Origin: Neoechinorhynchus agilis
Taxonomy: Eukaryota; Animalia; Acanthocephala
Assembly: GCA_051530055.1 (NCBI GenBank)
Contig: CM121341.1
Span: 8,224,784-8,288,783, forward strand
Reading direction: 5' to 3'
Length of the DNA: 64,000 nucleotides
Shown: piece after piece, positions 36,675 through 48,960 of the stretch
Layout of the letters: the number at the start of each line of letters is the position of its first letter
How positions within the stretch are numbered: the first letter of the stretch is position 1
Position numbers and translations under genes: made by a program
Notes under the pieces: generated by a model
What the model was told of the DNA's origin: nothing
Seen by the model: the letters and a program-made list of their open reading frames with translations, nothing else
The model's database searches: none

Positions 36675-39600
36675 CTATTTGCTATAAAATTGCACTAAGA
36701 ATAACGATAATTGAGCTTCATTAAGAATCGTATCCGCTAATTCTCGTTTAAACGTCATTTCGGTAGTCAGACAATTTCCGATTCCACTGAGGAGATTACG
36801 AAGATAAGGCCAATTATCAGGAGCATGAGCAACGAATAACCTCATTAAGCAAGCGGAATAGCAGTTCCAATTGCGAATAATTGTTCGACATGCGCGTCCA
36901 TAATCTTCCAAATCATGCCTGAACTGTCCTGCGTAAGTGAATCCATGGTTAAGAATGCCATTGACGCAATCACAGACAGATCGGGAATCCTTTAAAAACG
37001 ACATGATGTTTTCAGTCACGTTCTTAATGAAGTCTGGATCGTCTTCTGCGGTCCATTGAAGTGTATCCAAACTCAAATTCCAATTTGCGCGTTCAAAATC
37101 TCCTAATAGACGAAGTTTCAGGGAAGGATTGCTTAGATCAGCTTTAACTTTCTTTAGAAGGTCTGCTGTGTTAAAACGCGAATCCAAAAGAGTTGTGAAA
37201 TGATATGCACATTGATCTTTCATAATTTGGAACTTTGTTGGGGTTGAAGAGATCAAAGACCGAGTTTGTTCAATGAAATTGACGACAAATGAACTAATTT
37301 CGTCTTTACGTTCTGCCATATGAAATAGGTCTGGGATCATAATGTGAACCATAGTGTAATTTGTAAGATCCTCCATTCTCTTAAGTGCACAGATAACGCA
37401 CTCATTTCCTAATAATCGATCTATCTGATCAACGGTTAATCCAGATATGTGAGTATCAAGCTCATCTTCAGGATAAAGACAAAATGGTTGCCAAAATGCA
37501 TGATTGATATCATGGACGTGATTGAATTGCCTAATTAACACCGCACTTGTTATATTCTTTAAGAATCAAGAAAATCGATGGTGAGAGAGAAAAAAGAGTA
37601 ATGAACACACACCTTTAGGTATTGCATATAAGTGTTAATAAATTGCTCAAATTCCATATTCTCTTCATTGGCGCGCTCTCCCGTTTTAGGTTTAGTTTCC
37701 TCATTATTATTCGTGTCATATTTTATCTTTTGCTTTTCAAGAAGTACATTGTGTGAATAATGAGAACATTGGTGATCAATTAATGGTTTCAAGGACGATC
37801 CATTTGCAACTGCGATTCCGTAATAATGATATTTGGAATTTCCTCTAGAACCGAGACGGCGTGTCTTTATGCCCACAAACGTTGTTCGAATCAGTTTTCC
37901 GAATAAAGGTGCACTCATGGCCTCGATGCCCAAATTTAGGCAGTGCTCCAAATAAAGATTGAACAAAATGCTTCGTCTGATGCTATTTCCATCTGATGGT
38001 TGAAAATTGTCCAGGATCCATGAAATCTTAAAAGAGAAAAATTATATTACAATCTTCAATTGAACAAGGTTTTTTAGAGAAAAAAACTGTATCCGTAAAA
38101 TTAATCTTTGTTTTCTTTGAAAAATTATTCGTATTAAATATTTTAATGATTTGTAAGTGTGAATTGGAACAATAAAAGAATTGAACATAACACCCTGCCT
38201 ATATTCTTTATAAAAATATTATAGAAAAACATTTTTCACCGCAACTAAGACTTAAATCATATCGAGAGAAAATTCATCGGGATGGTAAATTTTGACTTGT
38301 GTGGTGAATTTGTTCACCAGGTTAAAATTCATTTTATTGTTCGCTAAATATTTCGAAAGAGGAAACCTCCTCGGCTTCTCAATCATCTAAAAAGGTTTTT
38401 GGTTATTGTTATTTCTATGTTTTGTCTAAAAGGCTCGGATTGAGAGGTTCGCTACTTCCAAGGTTTGGGGATGATTGATAAGGCGAGGAGATTTCCTTTT
38501 TCGAAATATTTCAGAACAATAAAATGATTTCTAATCGGGCGAACATATTCACCACAAGTAAAAATAAGACTTAAATGTTAGCTACTCGAACAAAGCAAAA
38601 AATAATTATTCATATTAAATATTTTAATGATTTGTAAGTGTGATTTGGAACAAATTGTTCATTATGTTTTATATGGCCGACTGAAACCGGTGCTTCAAAT
38701 AATTCCGAAGATTCTGAGACCGAGATGTATCGAGAATTGGCTCGGGACGTCAACCCAGTCACTGATCGAGTAGAAAACAAGCCCCAGTCGAAAACATCGT
38801 TCGTTAAAAACGAAATCCCAATCATAAAAAATGCAGAATTTTGGGAGAGAATTACATTTAGCTTTTCGTGTTCCTTTAAATACCTTCTTTTCCCGGCAAA
38901 GTTTCTGATTCTCTCTTTTTAATCGACGGAAATTGATCAGTAGAGCTTTTTCGGATAAAATCGACGTTCCGACGTACTCAAATCGGTGGTCATTTAAAAG
39001 TTAACAATCGATCAATTCAAAAATGAGGCAAAATAGCGAACATTTATCCAGTAGATCAAAAAATGGTCACAAAAAATGCAGAATTTTGGGAGAGAATTAC
39101 ATTTAGCTTTTCGTCTTCCTTTAAATACCTTCTTTTCCCGGCAAAGTTTCTGATTCTCTCTTTTTAATCGACGGAAATTGATCAGTAGAGCTTTTTCGGA
39201 TAAAATCGACGTTCCGACGTACTCAAATCGGTGGTCATTTAAAAGTTAACAATCGATCAATTCAAAAATGAGGCAAAATAGCGAACATTTATCCAGTAGA
39301 TCAAAAAATGGTCACAAAAAATGCAGAATTTTGGGAGAGAATTACATTTAGCTTTTCGTGTTCCTTTAAATACCTTCTTTTCCCGGCAAAGTTTCTGATT
39401 CTCTCTTTTTAATCGACGGAAATTGATCAGTAGAGCTTTTTCGGATAAAATCGACGTTCCGACGTACTCAAATCGGTGGTCATTTAAAAGTTAACAATCG
39501 ATCAATTCAAAAATGAGGCAAAATAGCGAACATTTATCCAGTAGATCAAAAAATGGTCACAAAAAATGCAGAATTTTGGGAGAGAATTACATTTAGCTTT

Positions 39601-41253
39601 TCGTGTTCCTTTAAATACCTTCTTTTCCCGGCAAAGTTTCTGATTCTCTCTTTTCAATCGACGGAAATTGATCAGTAGAGCTTTTTCGGATAAAATCGAC
39701 GTTCCGACGTACTCAAATCGGTGGTCATTTAAAAGTTAACAATCGATCAATTCAAAAATGAGGCAAAATAGCGAACATTTATCCAGTAGATCAAAAAATG
39801 GTCACAAAAAATGCAGAATTTTGGGAGAGAATTACATTTAGCTTTTCGTCTTCCTTTAAATACCTTCTTTTCCCGGCAAAGTTTCTGATTCTCTCTTTTC
39901 AATCGACGGAAATTGATCAGTAGAGCTTTTTCGGATAAAATCGACGTTCCGACGTACTCAAATCGGTGGTCATTTAAAAGTTAACAATCGATCAATTCAA
40001 AAATGAGGCAAAATAGCGAACATTTATCCAGTAGATCAAAAAATGGTCACAAAAAATGCAGAATTTTGGGAGAGAATTACATTTAGCTTTTCGTGTTCCT
40101 TTAAATACCTTCTTTTCCCGGCAAAGTTTCTGATTCTCTCTTTTCAATCGACAGACATTGATCAGTAGAGCTTTTTCGGATAAAATCGACGTTCCGACGT
40201 ACTCAAATCGGTGGTCATTTAAAAGTTAACAATCGATCAATTCAAAAATGAGGCAAAATAGCGAACATTTATCCAGTAGATCAAAAAATGGTCACAAAAA
40301 ATGCAGAATTTTGGGAGAGAATTACATTTAGCTTTTCGTGTTCCTTTAAATACCTTCTTTTCCCGGCAAAGTTTCTGATTCTCTCTTTTCAATCGACGGA
40401 AATTGATCAGTAGAGCTTTTTCGGATAAAATCGACGTTCCGACGTACTCAAATCGGTGGTCATTTAAAAGTTAACATTCGATCAATTCAAAAATGAGGCA
40501 AAATAGCGAACATTTATCCAGTAGATCAAAAAATGGTCACAAAAAATGCAGAATTTTGGGCGAGAATTGCATATTTTTAGTTTCTCGTTTAGAAAATAAT
40601 AACTTTTTGATCTCCCGATTCGTTGAAAAGTTTCTGATTCTCTTTTCTGTCACAACTGCTATTGATTTTTTGTATCTGGCGTAAAAATTAAAAGAAGTTA
40701 TTGATTACGACATTTCAGAGGCACAATCTTGCCAATAAAACACTTAAACAACCTTGATGAACGCGCACATAAGATTGTGCCTCTGAAATATCGGAATCAA
40801 TAAATTCTTTTAATTTTTCCGCCACATAAAAGCATTTAGAACAAACGACAAAATTTGAACAAAATCGTTCACATTTGAGCAACGGCTCTATAGTGTCGTG
40901 AGCGAATCAAGTAATTTGATTAAAAAACCAACCGTTTCTTGTTCAGCCGGCGACCTCGCGCACATTTGTTTAGAACCCGGATTACCCGGATTTTCTGTTT
41001 TATTTGCGATTGAACTTGAACTATTTTCCTCGTCGTTTCCCTGATCACTGAAGACAAGTTTGATTGGTTTACAATCTTCATTGGATTGTTGTTTACTGCG
41101 AGTAAGCGCTTCGATTTCATCGTTCACATCGCATGTACAAACAGAGAAGTTCTCAGTACTATGGCATTCGATTTTCATTAATTCGAATTGTACACAATTG
41201 TCGATTTCAACTTGCTCCTTTTTCACCGGTAAATCAGAATGGTCGTTGAACAT
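36675..41253 (-). CDS. RFX: RFX-family winged-helix transcription factor, three exons
   Basis: Exon 1 (41253-40933) ends CARSPAEQET. GT-AG intron 40932-38027. Exon 2 ISWILDNFQ..LYLEHC..FGKLIRTTFVGIKTRRLGSRGNSKYHYYGI is the RFX DNA-binding domain. A ~56-nt GT-AG intron precedes exon 3 (B/C/D domains), which ends at 36675. Confidence 0.9.
38826..40575. repeat. Tandem array, 245-bp unit, ~7 copies, inside RFX intron 1
   Basis: 'tgcagaattttggg' recurs at 38832, 39077 and 39322; copies are nearly identical. Confidence 0.95.
40675..40826. mobile_element. Solo fold-back MITE flanked by TA, in RFX intron 1
   Basis: TA-tctggcg...cgccaca-TA, with TA at 40673-74 and 40827-28, and ~55-bp imperfect arms. 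Termini resemble the 20868-21038 element. Confidence 0.8.
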
Positions 41254-41584
41254 TATATATCTTTGGTGTGAACGTTAAAAACAAAGTACAGATATTATTG
41301 AATTAAAAAAGTTCGGATCTTTTTGAGAAAAATACCGTTAAGAACCGATAATTAGGAAATCATTAGGACAGAAAAAATGTGAAAAACGGACATCTTCCAA
41401 TCACGTTTTGAACGTAAACTCAAAAATAGGCGTTATGAACAAAATATTTCAATCGCAAATCACAAAAATCCAATTGGCAAATCATTAGACCATAGAAAAT
41501 TTTTGTTTACTTTCTTCCGGCACAATAGCGCGCTTTTAAAAAAGTTTATCTTAATAAAGGGACTTTTTCTTCAATTATCTTCGT

Positions 41585-44500
41585 ATGGATCGCGGTAACG
41601 TGTTGAATTTGATTGTTTTGCTTGGTTTTCTGGTTGTATTTGATACGTTTTGCTCGTTGCCTCCTCGATTGGACTATTCTCTAGTCTCCAAATGGCCGTC
41701 GACGCCTTTATATGCGGAAATGGGTGAATTCATTCGCCAGCGATGGCCAGATCGGTATATTCCGTTCGCTGAATCGGTCATGCGAAGTGAGTGCAATCAT
41801 AACGAAATCGATTGTGTGTTATTGGATGCCAAATCAATAATAAACGACGATCGTGTGCTGGATATCGCTGGACTGTATCTTCTATCACGCACATATTCTC
41901 CCTTTGTTGAAATGACGAGACGAATCGCCACCAAAGTATCGAACGAATCAAACTTTTTCTTTATTATCTTCATATCGCGAACTGAAAGATTTGTCTCATC
42001 TGACCCTAAAGAGATTATTGATTCACTTGGATCTTCCTCTTATCGACCACGTCCTTTCTTGGACCAAAAGGATTTTACCGCACGAGATGAAGTTTCAAAC
42101 GTCGTGGCTTATGGTGATTGGCTGGATCCTGAATTTATAGAAGCTTATCGAATATTGAATTCGTCGACGAAGCCTTTCAATTGTCTACTCAAGCCGTTTA
42201 TAAGAAATATATCTCAACAGCCTGTTTCACTGTCCGGATATGGCGTAGCTTTAAAACTTAAAAGTACCGAATATAAAGCGATGGACGAAAGTCAAGGAAA
42301 TTTAACTTCCAAGGAAACAGATAATGGACCAGCTCGTATAGTTCGCGGATTCGATTTTAAGCGTCTTTTTAAAGTGTATCACGAAGATCAGGATGCGTTG
42401 TCCAGGTTTAAAGTTCAATTAAATGGCCGGTGGATTTTTTTATAATGTTGAATTTTTCTTTTTCGTTTACACTTTCGGTGAGAATAATCCCGGTCATTAC
42501 ATATTTTATTTATTCGAAATATTTCGCGAGGTATCCTCGCCTCTTCAGTCAGTGTAAATTAATCTAATCGACTGACTCTTTTATAGTAAAATTCAAAAGT
42601 TAAGCCTATTTTAAATCGATGGCCGCTAAATAGATGCATTTTTGATGGCTTATCTTAAAGGAATTACAAGTGATTTCTTCACTACAAAAATCAATTTCTA
42701 TAAAAATTTTTTGGCGAAATCTAGTTGGTTCTCGCTTATGTTTAAAGCAAATAAATTTAATGGGATTCAGAAACATGGAATGCTCTCTTTGTCAATAAAC
42801 ATTCTCTTCAAACATAAATCATCGGTGTCTACTATTTCAAAATGATTTTTCCACTTGATCAAAAATCCACCGTATTACTGGGTCAACCTGTTTTGGTTGA
42901 TATGCCTCGACCATGGGAAATCCAATCGATGTCTCTAAAAGTGGCTTCTATGGTCATGAACGAGAAGATTGACCGTTTAAGCTTGATGCTTAACCTATCA
43001 TCCGATTTTCTGCTTCATATGAGGCCAATTTGTGCTTTTGAAATCAATAAGGAGACAGTGAGTCGCACTGAAAAGAATGGGGACGTATTAGATAGGCTTG
43101 TGAATCCACAATCGGCGGGAGGATGGTTCAGTCCTCCACAGCAGCTATCCATTGCCTTATTTGTAAATGGTCGCCGTGTGAATATTGGTGAAGATAACGA
43201 AATGTCAACACCCGCCGTCGACATGTTCGATCTGATCGATCTTATGGATAGCGAGGCACGACTCCTGTCTCCACTGTTGGTCATCAATTCCGACATAACT
43301 TCGCTTCTTCGATTGGTACAGCTCCACGAGAGTGGCGATGGATTTGACGAAGTTGAATCTTCAATCAGGCTCGATTTTCGATCAAATCAAATCTTTTGGA
43401 TGAACGATATCGAACGAGATGCAGCCTACGCACAGTTCTCTAATCGATTATACGAAGTACATGGAAACTCGGTCATGCTGAGACTAAATCTTTAATAGCG
43501 ATGTTCTTGCGATTATAGCTTTAGGACGCCATAAAAGTCAACTTTAACTTGTAAATTTTCATTAGTATTTAAATAGAAAACCTGTATCATTTTTGTTGTC
43601 GACATTAACTTTACTGTCCAGCTAACTTTTATAAATCACATATAAATGATCAAACGAGGAAAATAGTTCAGATCCACTTCGGTCGGATGTAAATTAAATC
43701 TTAGATTTATAAATTAATCAATCTCACATAATTTTGGTCGTTTTTAAATAGTACAATAAAATGATATTTCAAACCGATATACTTGCTAGAATCGGAATAA
43801 TACGAAACAAAATTGTCATTGATGGCTCGGGAAATCCATAATTATTATTTCTAAACTTTGCTTGTTACCTCAAGAACTATCGCAGTACCATCTTGTCTTA
43901 TTTATCGAAACAGACGATTTCTTGGATAATATCGATCACTCTTCTAATCAGTATAAGCAAATAATATCGAAATTGCTTGGAATGATGGAATACCGTGTCC
44001 CAATCAGATTTGGCATTGTCTTCAGCCACACAACTCGATATTGCAATTTTTTAAACGCATTAAAGAATCGGAGAGGTGGTCGTAGATTGTCGGAAACTAT
44101 AGATGATCTGATAAGTCACGCAACTACCGTTAATACAGTTTCAGCAGACATAACCAGCTCAAAAGATTGTGATTATAATTTGAATGAAAAATTAGGTCTT
44201 GGACCAGGTCTTCATGTTCTCTTCAATGGAATACCGCTCACTGGTTCGCAGGTGGATGATATAGAAGGGTCGATAAAGAGTTTCTTGTATTCAGAACGGG
44301 AACGATGGCGCGAAATTCTCAGTGGTGGTCGAGTACCGTCCGGAAATCTTATCGACTATTACATGAATCATAATCATCATCTCAAAAGTATTAACCGAGC
44401 AATAATCGACACACGAACTCACCGATTTGTCGAAGATCACCATCTTAAAATTGAATTGGACTACATATTCAAAGCTAATGATCTCGAAACGGATCCTAAA

Positions 44501-46937
44501 TTTTCGTGCTCGATCTGGACGAGCGTTAGCTCATCGAAATCTTACGAAACAGCCGCTAATGCGCTTGAATTCGTAAAGAAACAACCAAATGCTCGACTCG
44601 CGTTCATCACTCAATATGACAATGAAATAACCTCAATGATTGTAGGAATTCTCAAAAGTCTAAAAACTCAATCAGCCAAACGGCACGCGATTCATCGACT
44701 GCTAGCTTCAAATGAAAGCGTCAGTGAAACAGTTAAAAAGTACGTGAATTCTAAAGAAGGCATTAAGCAAATCAAAACGACTTTAAAAGTTCATAAAACA
44801 CTCAGTAATCTGGAACGTGATTGGATTGCTGTCAACGGTCGTTTACTAATCCTTGATAATCCTTTAACCGCAGACGACTTCAATATTCTATCGAAAAAGT
44901 ATTGCCCAAACCAACAGCTCACAGCACGAGTTCACAAATTAACAAATGGCGATAACACCAACTCTCTACGAATATTGGCTCACCTTTCTCGATTTAACAT
45001 TCACTCTTCGTCACAATCGGATAGGATGATTATCGATTCCCCGGAACCTGATTTTACACTTAATACGCCAAATTCAACTTTTAGAGTCGATTTATTCGTA
45101 GACGTCGCTTCAAAAGAAGCTCAACAAGTGATTCCACTCGTGAAAGAAATTCTAGTTTCTAGATCGATCATTAATTTTTATCTTCTCTCTCAAAATACCT
45201 TGGCTGAGCTCCCAATCACTTCATTGTATCGATTTTCTACTCCCGGAATGAATTTGAGTTTTAAGGATGTATGGCCGACGGGGCAACTTTTCACCGTTTC
45301 TGTGGAGACTCCACATTCATGGATGATAGAGACGCTAAAGACGGACTATGACCTTGATAATCTCAAGATTGATTCTTTGGTGTACAAGGAAGTGCTTGAA
45401 ACTGAATTTAGGTTAGAGTATTTGCTGGTTGAAGGGCGATGTACGGAACTTACTTCTCAGGGTTCTCCTCGAGGACTCGAGATACAGTTAAAAGATGGCT
45501 ATGTGTGTGTGCAGGTTCAAAGAGGAAGGCGTGGACGGTTTTAAGATGACTTAGATACTTGCATACGCACACATTAACCATCAGATACAAAGTGGATTCG
45601 ACGATCGGTACTCCGACCATCGCTTTGATACACTGGTCATGGCCAATTTCGGCTACTTTCAGCTTAAATCTGAACCCGACGTTTATACACTTTCACTGAC
45701 CGGACAATCCGCCGATAATTATAAACTTATTAATGACACTGACAATGGAATCATTGTAAGGGCAGACAGTCTACATGGACAAATGATTGATGTTCATGCT
45801 GTTCTTACTGGCTCACCCGTAACTCAAGACGAACAAAAGGATCCCAAAGAGTCTATGTCAGAAGGATTGCCACACACACATAGAGATATTTGTGTCTTTT
45901 TTTCTTAAAAATTCTTATTGGCCAATTTTTCATTTGATCGTTTTTGTCCCTTCTTTGTTGGAAAAAATGGTGGTAACTACTTCTGTGATATTTGGTCCAC
46001 TTTCTACAATCGGATAACCGGGCAGCCGAGTCAATCTAAACAATCTTCCCAAGACAATCTAAACATATTTTCCATTGCCTCCGGACACCTTTACGAACGT
46101 TTTATTCGTATAATGATGTTGAGTGTTACAAAGCAACTGAAAAGGCCGGAACAAACACGAGTTAAATTCTGGTTCCTCAAAAACTTTCTATCTCCTCAGT
46201 TTGCACAATTTTTACCGTTTTATGCCAAAAAGTATGGGTTTGAGTATGAATTAGTTCAGTACAAATGGCCACGGTGGTTGACAGTTCATCCAACAGAGAA
46301 ACAAAGACTTATTTGGGGATTCAAGATTTTGTTTCTCGACGTCCTTTTTCCTCTTAATGTAACAAAGATTATCTTTGTGGACGCCGATCAAGTAGTGAGA
46401 ACCGACCTTTGTGAATTACGAGATCTTGATCTTCATGGAGCGGCATATGGATACACACCGTTTTGTGATTCCCGCCGGGATATGGAAGGATATCGATTTT
46501 GGAAACAAGGATATTGGAAAACGCATCTGGGATCTAGAAAATACCATATTAGTGCTCTTTACGTTGTGGATTTAATAAAGTTTCGACAATTGGCGGCTGG
46601 AGATCGTCTTCGTGGTCAATATTTTGCTCTCAGTCATGATAAAGACTCTTTAAGTAATCTGGACCAGGATCTGCCTAATAATATGATCCATCAAGTCGAT
46701 ATATTTTCTCTTCCTCAAGATTGGCTTTGGTGTGAGACGTGGTGCGATGACGAAAGCAAGAAGAGGGCAAAAACCATCGATTTGTGCAATAATCCAAAGA
46801 CCAAGGAGCCTAAGCTCCAATCGGCAATGCGAATCATACCTGAGTGGACAAATCTTGACAATGAAGTCAGAGAAACAATGAAAGAGTGGATGGAACAGGA
46901 GTACAACCAAAACCATGCCCACCATGAAGAACTGTGA
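41585..46937 (+). CDS. UGGT: UDP-glucose:glycoprotein glucosyltransferase, five coding blocks
   Basis: Signal peptide; W.STPL..E..EF; [18 protein letters not shown]; W.NDIE.D..Y; [11 protein letters not shown]; [13 protein letters not shown]; GT24 domain [52 protein letters not shown]; C-terminal HHEEL ER-retention-like signal. One clear GT-AG intron (~45503-45583); the other three interruptions are atypical (see findings). Confidence 0.95.
42420..42874 (+). other. TA-bounded 453-bp interruption of UGGT with a 12-bp terminal inverted repeat
   Basis: TA at 42420-21 and 42873-74; CGGTGGATTTTT (42428-39) pairs with AAAAATCCACCG (42861-72); no AG dinucleotide between 42771 and 42939. Confidence 0.65.
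43493..43887 (+). other. TA-bounded 393-bp interruption of UGGT with a 12/13-bp terminal inverted repeat
   Basis: TA at 43493-94 and 43886-87; GCGATGTTCTTG (43498-509) pairs with CAAGAACTATCGC (43871-83) with a one-base bulge. A canonical GT-AG alternative (43457-43885) exists. Confidence 0.5.
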
Positions 46938-48301
46938 ATTTTCGAAGTTGGCATGAGTGCAACCGGGGTAACGATTTTGTGCTCTCATAAATGTACAAAT
47001 ATTTCCTAAAATGGACTTTTTTGTTGAGAAAGTGTTTGATTTGTGTCCTAAAGTTAACATTTTATTCACTTCTTTGGCGCAATTTTCAAAGTCTCTAAAA
47101 AGTGAATTTCGATGGCATCAAATTAACGTAGATTTTACCCATTGATTATTTCCAATTTTATCGTGGATTTCTTTAAACGCGTATTTATATTATAATATTT
47201 AGAATTGTAAGATTTAGGAACTTCAATTTTTTTTCTCAGACGAAACTGAATTATCTGATAACTATCCATCGAGTAAATATTTCGCATCTATCAAAGTGTT
47301 CGTATGGATTATTTTAGCGAAGCCAATTTTTAAAAGAATTATTAAATTTCGTTGAGAATAACTTTCGGTGCGAATTTAACTTCTTTTTTTGGTGACTCTA
47401 CTACATTCTGATGAGGGGACTAAGGTCTCGAAATATTAGTGGAATAAATGTTAATTTTTCTCGGAGCGATAAAGAGTCACCCAAAAAAGAAATTATTAAA
47501 TTGATTAAATAGCCGTCTTTATGCTAGTGGGAAAATCGCAGGATGAGGTTACTGGGCTTTTTATTAATTATAAGCTTCCTATTTTAGCCGTGCAACGTTT
47601 TAACCTTTTATATCTCCCATTTTCAGATACTTCACCTGGTGACTGTTTTGCGGTTTGGATAAAATTCAGGCATTCGTGCCAATTCGCACAATTTTCAAGA
47701 TTTTTAAACTAAAAATTCAGTAGAAATCTACCTGTTTTTTTAGGGCGTGCTCAACACCTTAATATTTTTCATCCTTAGACTTTTTCTCGCGATTGGTCCA
47801 TTGACCGCGATAACCAATGAAGGTTCCATCTAAAAGAGGATACATGCTGATGGCACTTTTTCCACATTTAAAATGAGTACTTTATCCGATTCGTCTCACG
47901 AATGCGTTGGCAGCTTCATATCTTAACCTTTGTCTAGACTACATGGTCAATCGTGTTGTTCAGTTTCATCAAATATCATCATTCCTTTTTTCTCAGCATC
48001 TTCATAGCACTATCGCTTTTATTATTTTGCCACCCCGGATATGTCGGAATTATCCGACAAGTGAAATATCGGGGAAATAATGCCCGGAGTGTCAAAACTA
48101 AGAAAAAGAAAGTATCTTTTCGGGTGAAACGCTGTTGAATTCCCTTTTCACAATCCTGTGGTTACCTAAAAGTTTAGATTGTTTGAGTTGTTCGGGCATC
48201 CCCCAAGTGTCCTACAATCGAATAAACGCGAATATATGTATTTGTCAGTGCGTCTGGGATGAGCTTGTCGTCCCTTTGAAATTCTACATATTAAAAAATA
48301 T

Positions 48302-48960
48302 TCAAGACATCAAATTTCGCAGAACCCGATAAGCTGACAAGAACGCGTATCCTGCTAGGGCGGAATAAATCAATCGATCGCGTCTTGCACGATATTGACT
48401 CTCTTTTTCCAATTCATCGATTCTTTGTTTAAGAGATTTTATCCTGCGTAAGGAAGGCGTTGGTATATCTGAACTACGAATCGAAATATCTCTCGGGCCA
48501 ATTTCACATAACTCCCTGCAGAAAACTATTCCCGGTAGATCATTTTACGCTTCTTTTCTCCCCCCCTTAAATAAATGATCCATCGTTGTTCGCCATTGCT
48601 TTTATCCAGCTCACTTGAATCTTCATCGTCGATATTTTCAGCGACGGTAGCACTGTCATCTGCCATTCCGGAATCAATGTCATCGTCATCCGGACTTGAT
48701 TCCTCCCCGATAGGTTTGATGTGATAGCCTTCAAGCTTAACCGGAGGTTCATTTAATTCAATAACACCAATAGATCTCGAGAAATACGTATTCATATTGT
48801 GATCATCGTCCATGAGTGTCCGTGGAAATGCGTCATCTACATATACCGATTTGTGATATCCACCAGAAAGTGTTGGCTTTATACATAAGGGAACCTCCAT
48901 CGAAGTCTCGGGAACTTTTCCACCAATGTAATCTTCATTTCGGTCTTCTTTAGTGTTCAT
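48302..48960 (-). CDS. Mitochondrial fission factor (MFF/Tango11)-like tail-anchored protein, two coding blocks
   Basis: N-terminal KVPETSMEVPLCIK repeats. Own translation of 48511-48302: ..SLRRIKSLKQRIDELEKESQYRARRDRLIYSALAGYAFLSAYRVLRNLMS*, a coiled coil plus terminal TM segment as in MFF. The junction is not resolvable as an in-phase GT-AG intron. Confidence 0.55.

Noticed and set aside
38650-38830. GC-richer coding-like patch in RFX intron 1 as an extra exon
   Set aside because: Exons 1 and 2 already join in frame across the conserved RFX motif, and I found no suitable splice sites on the minus strand.
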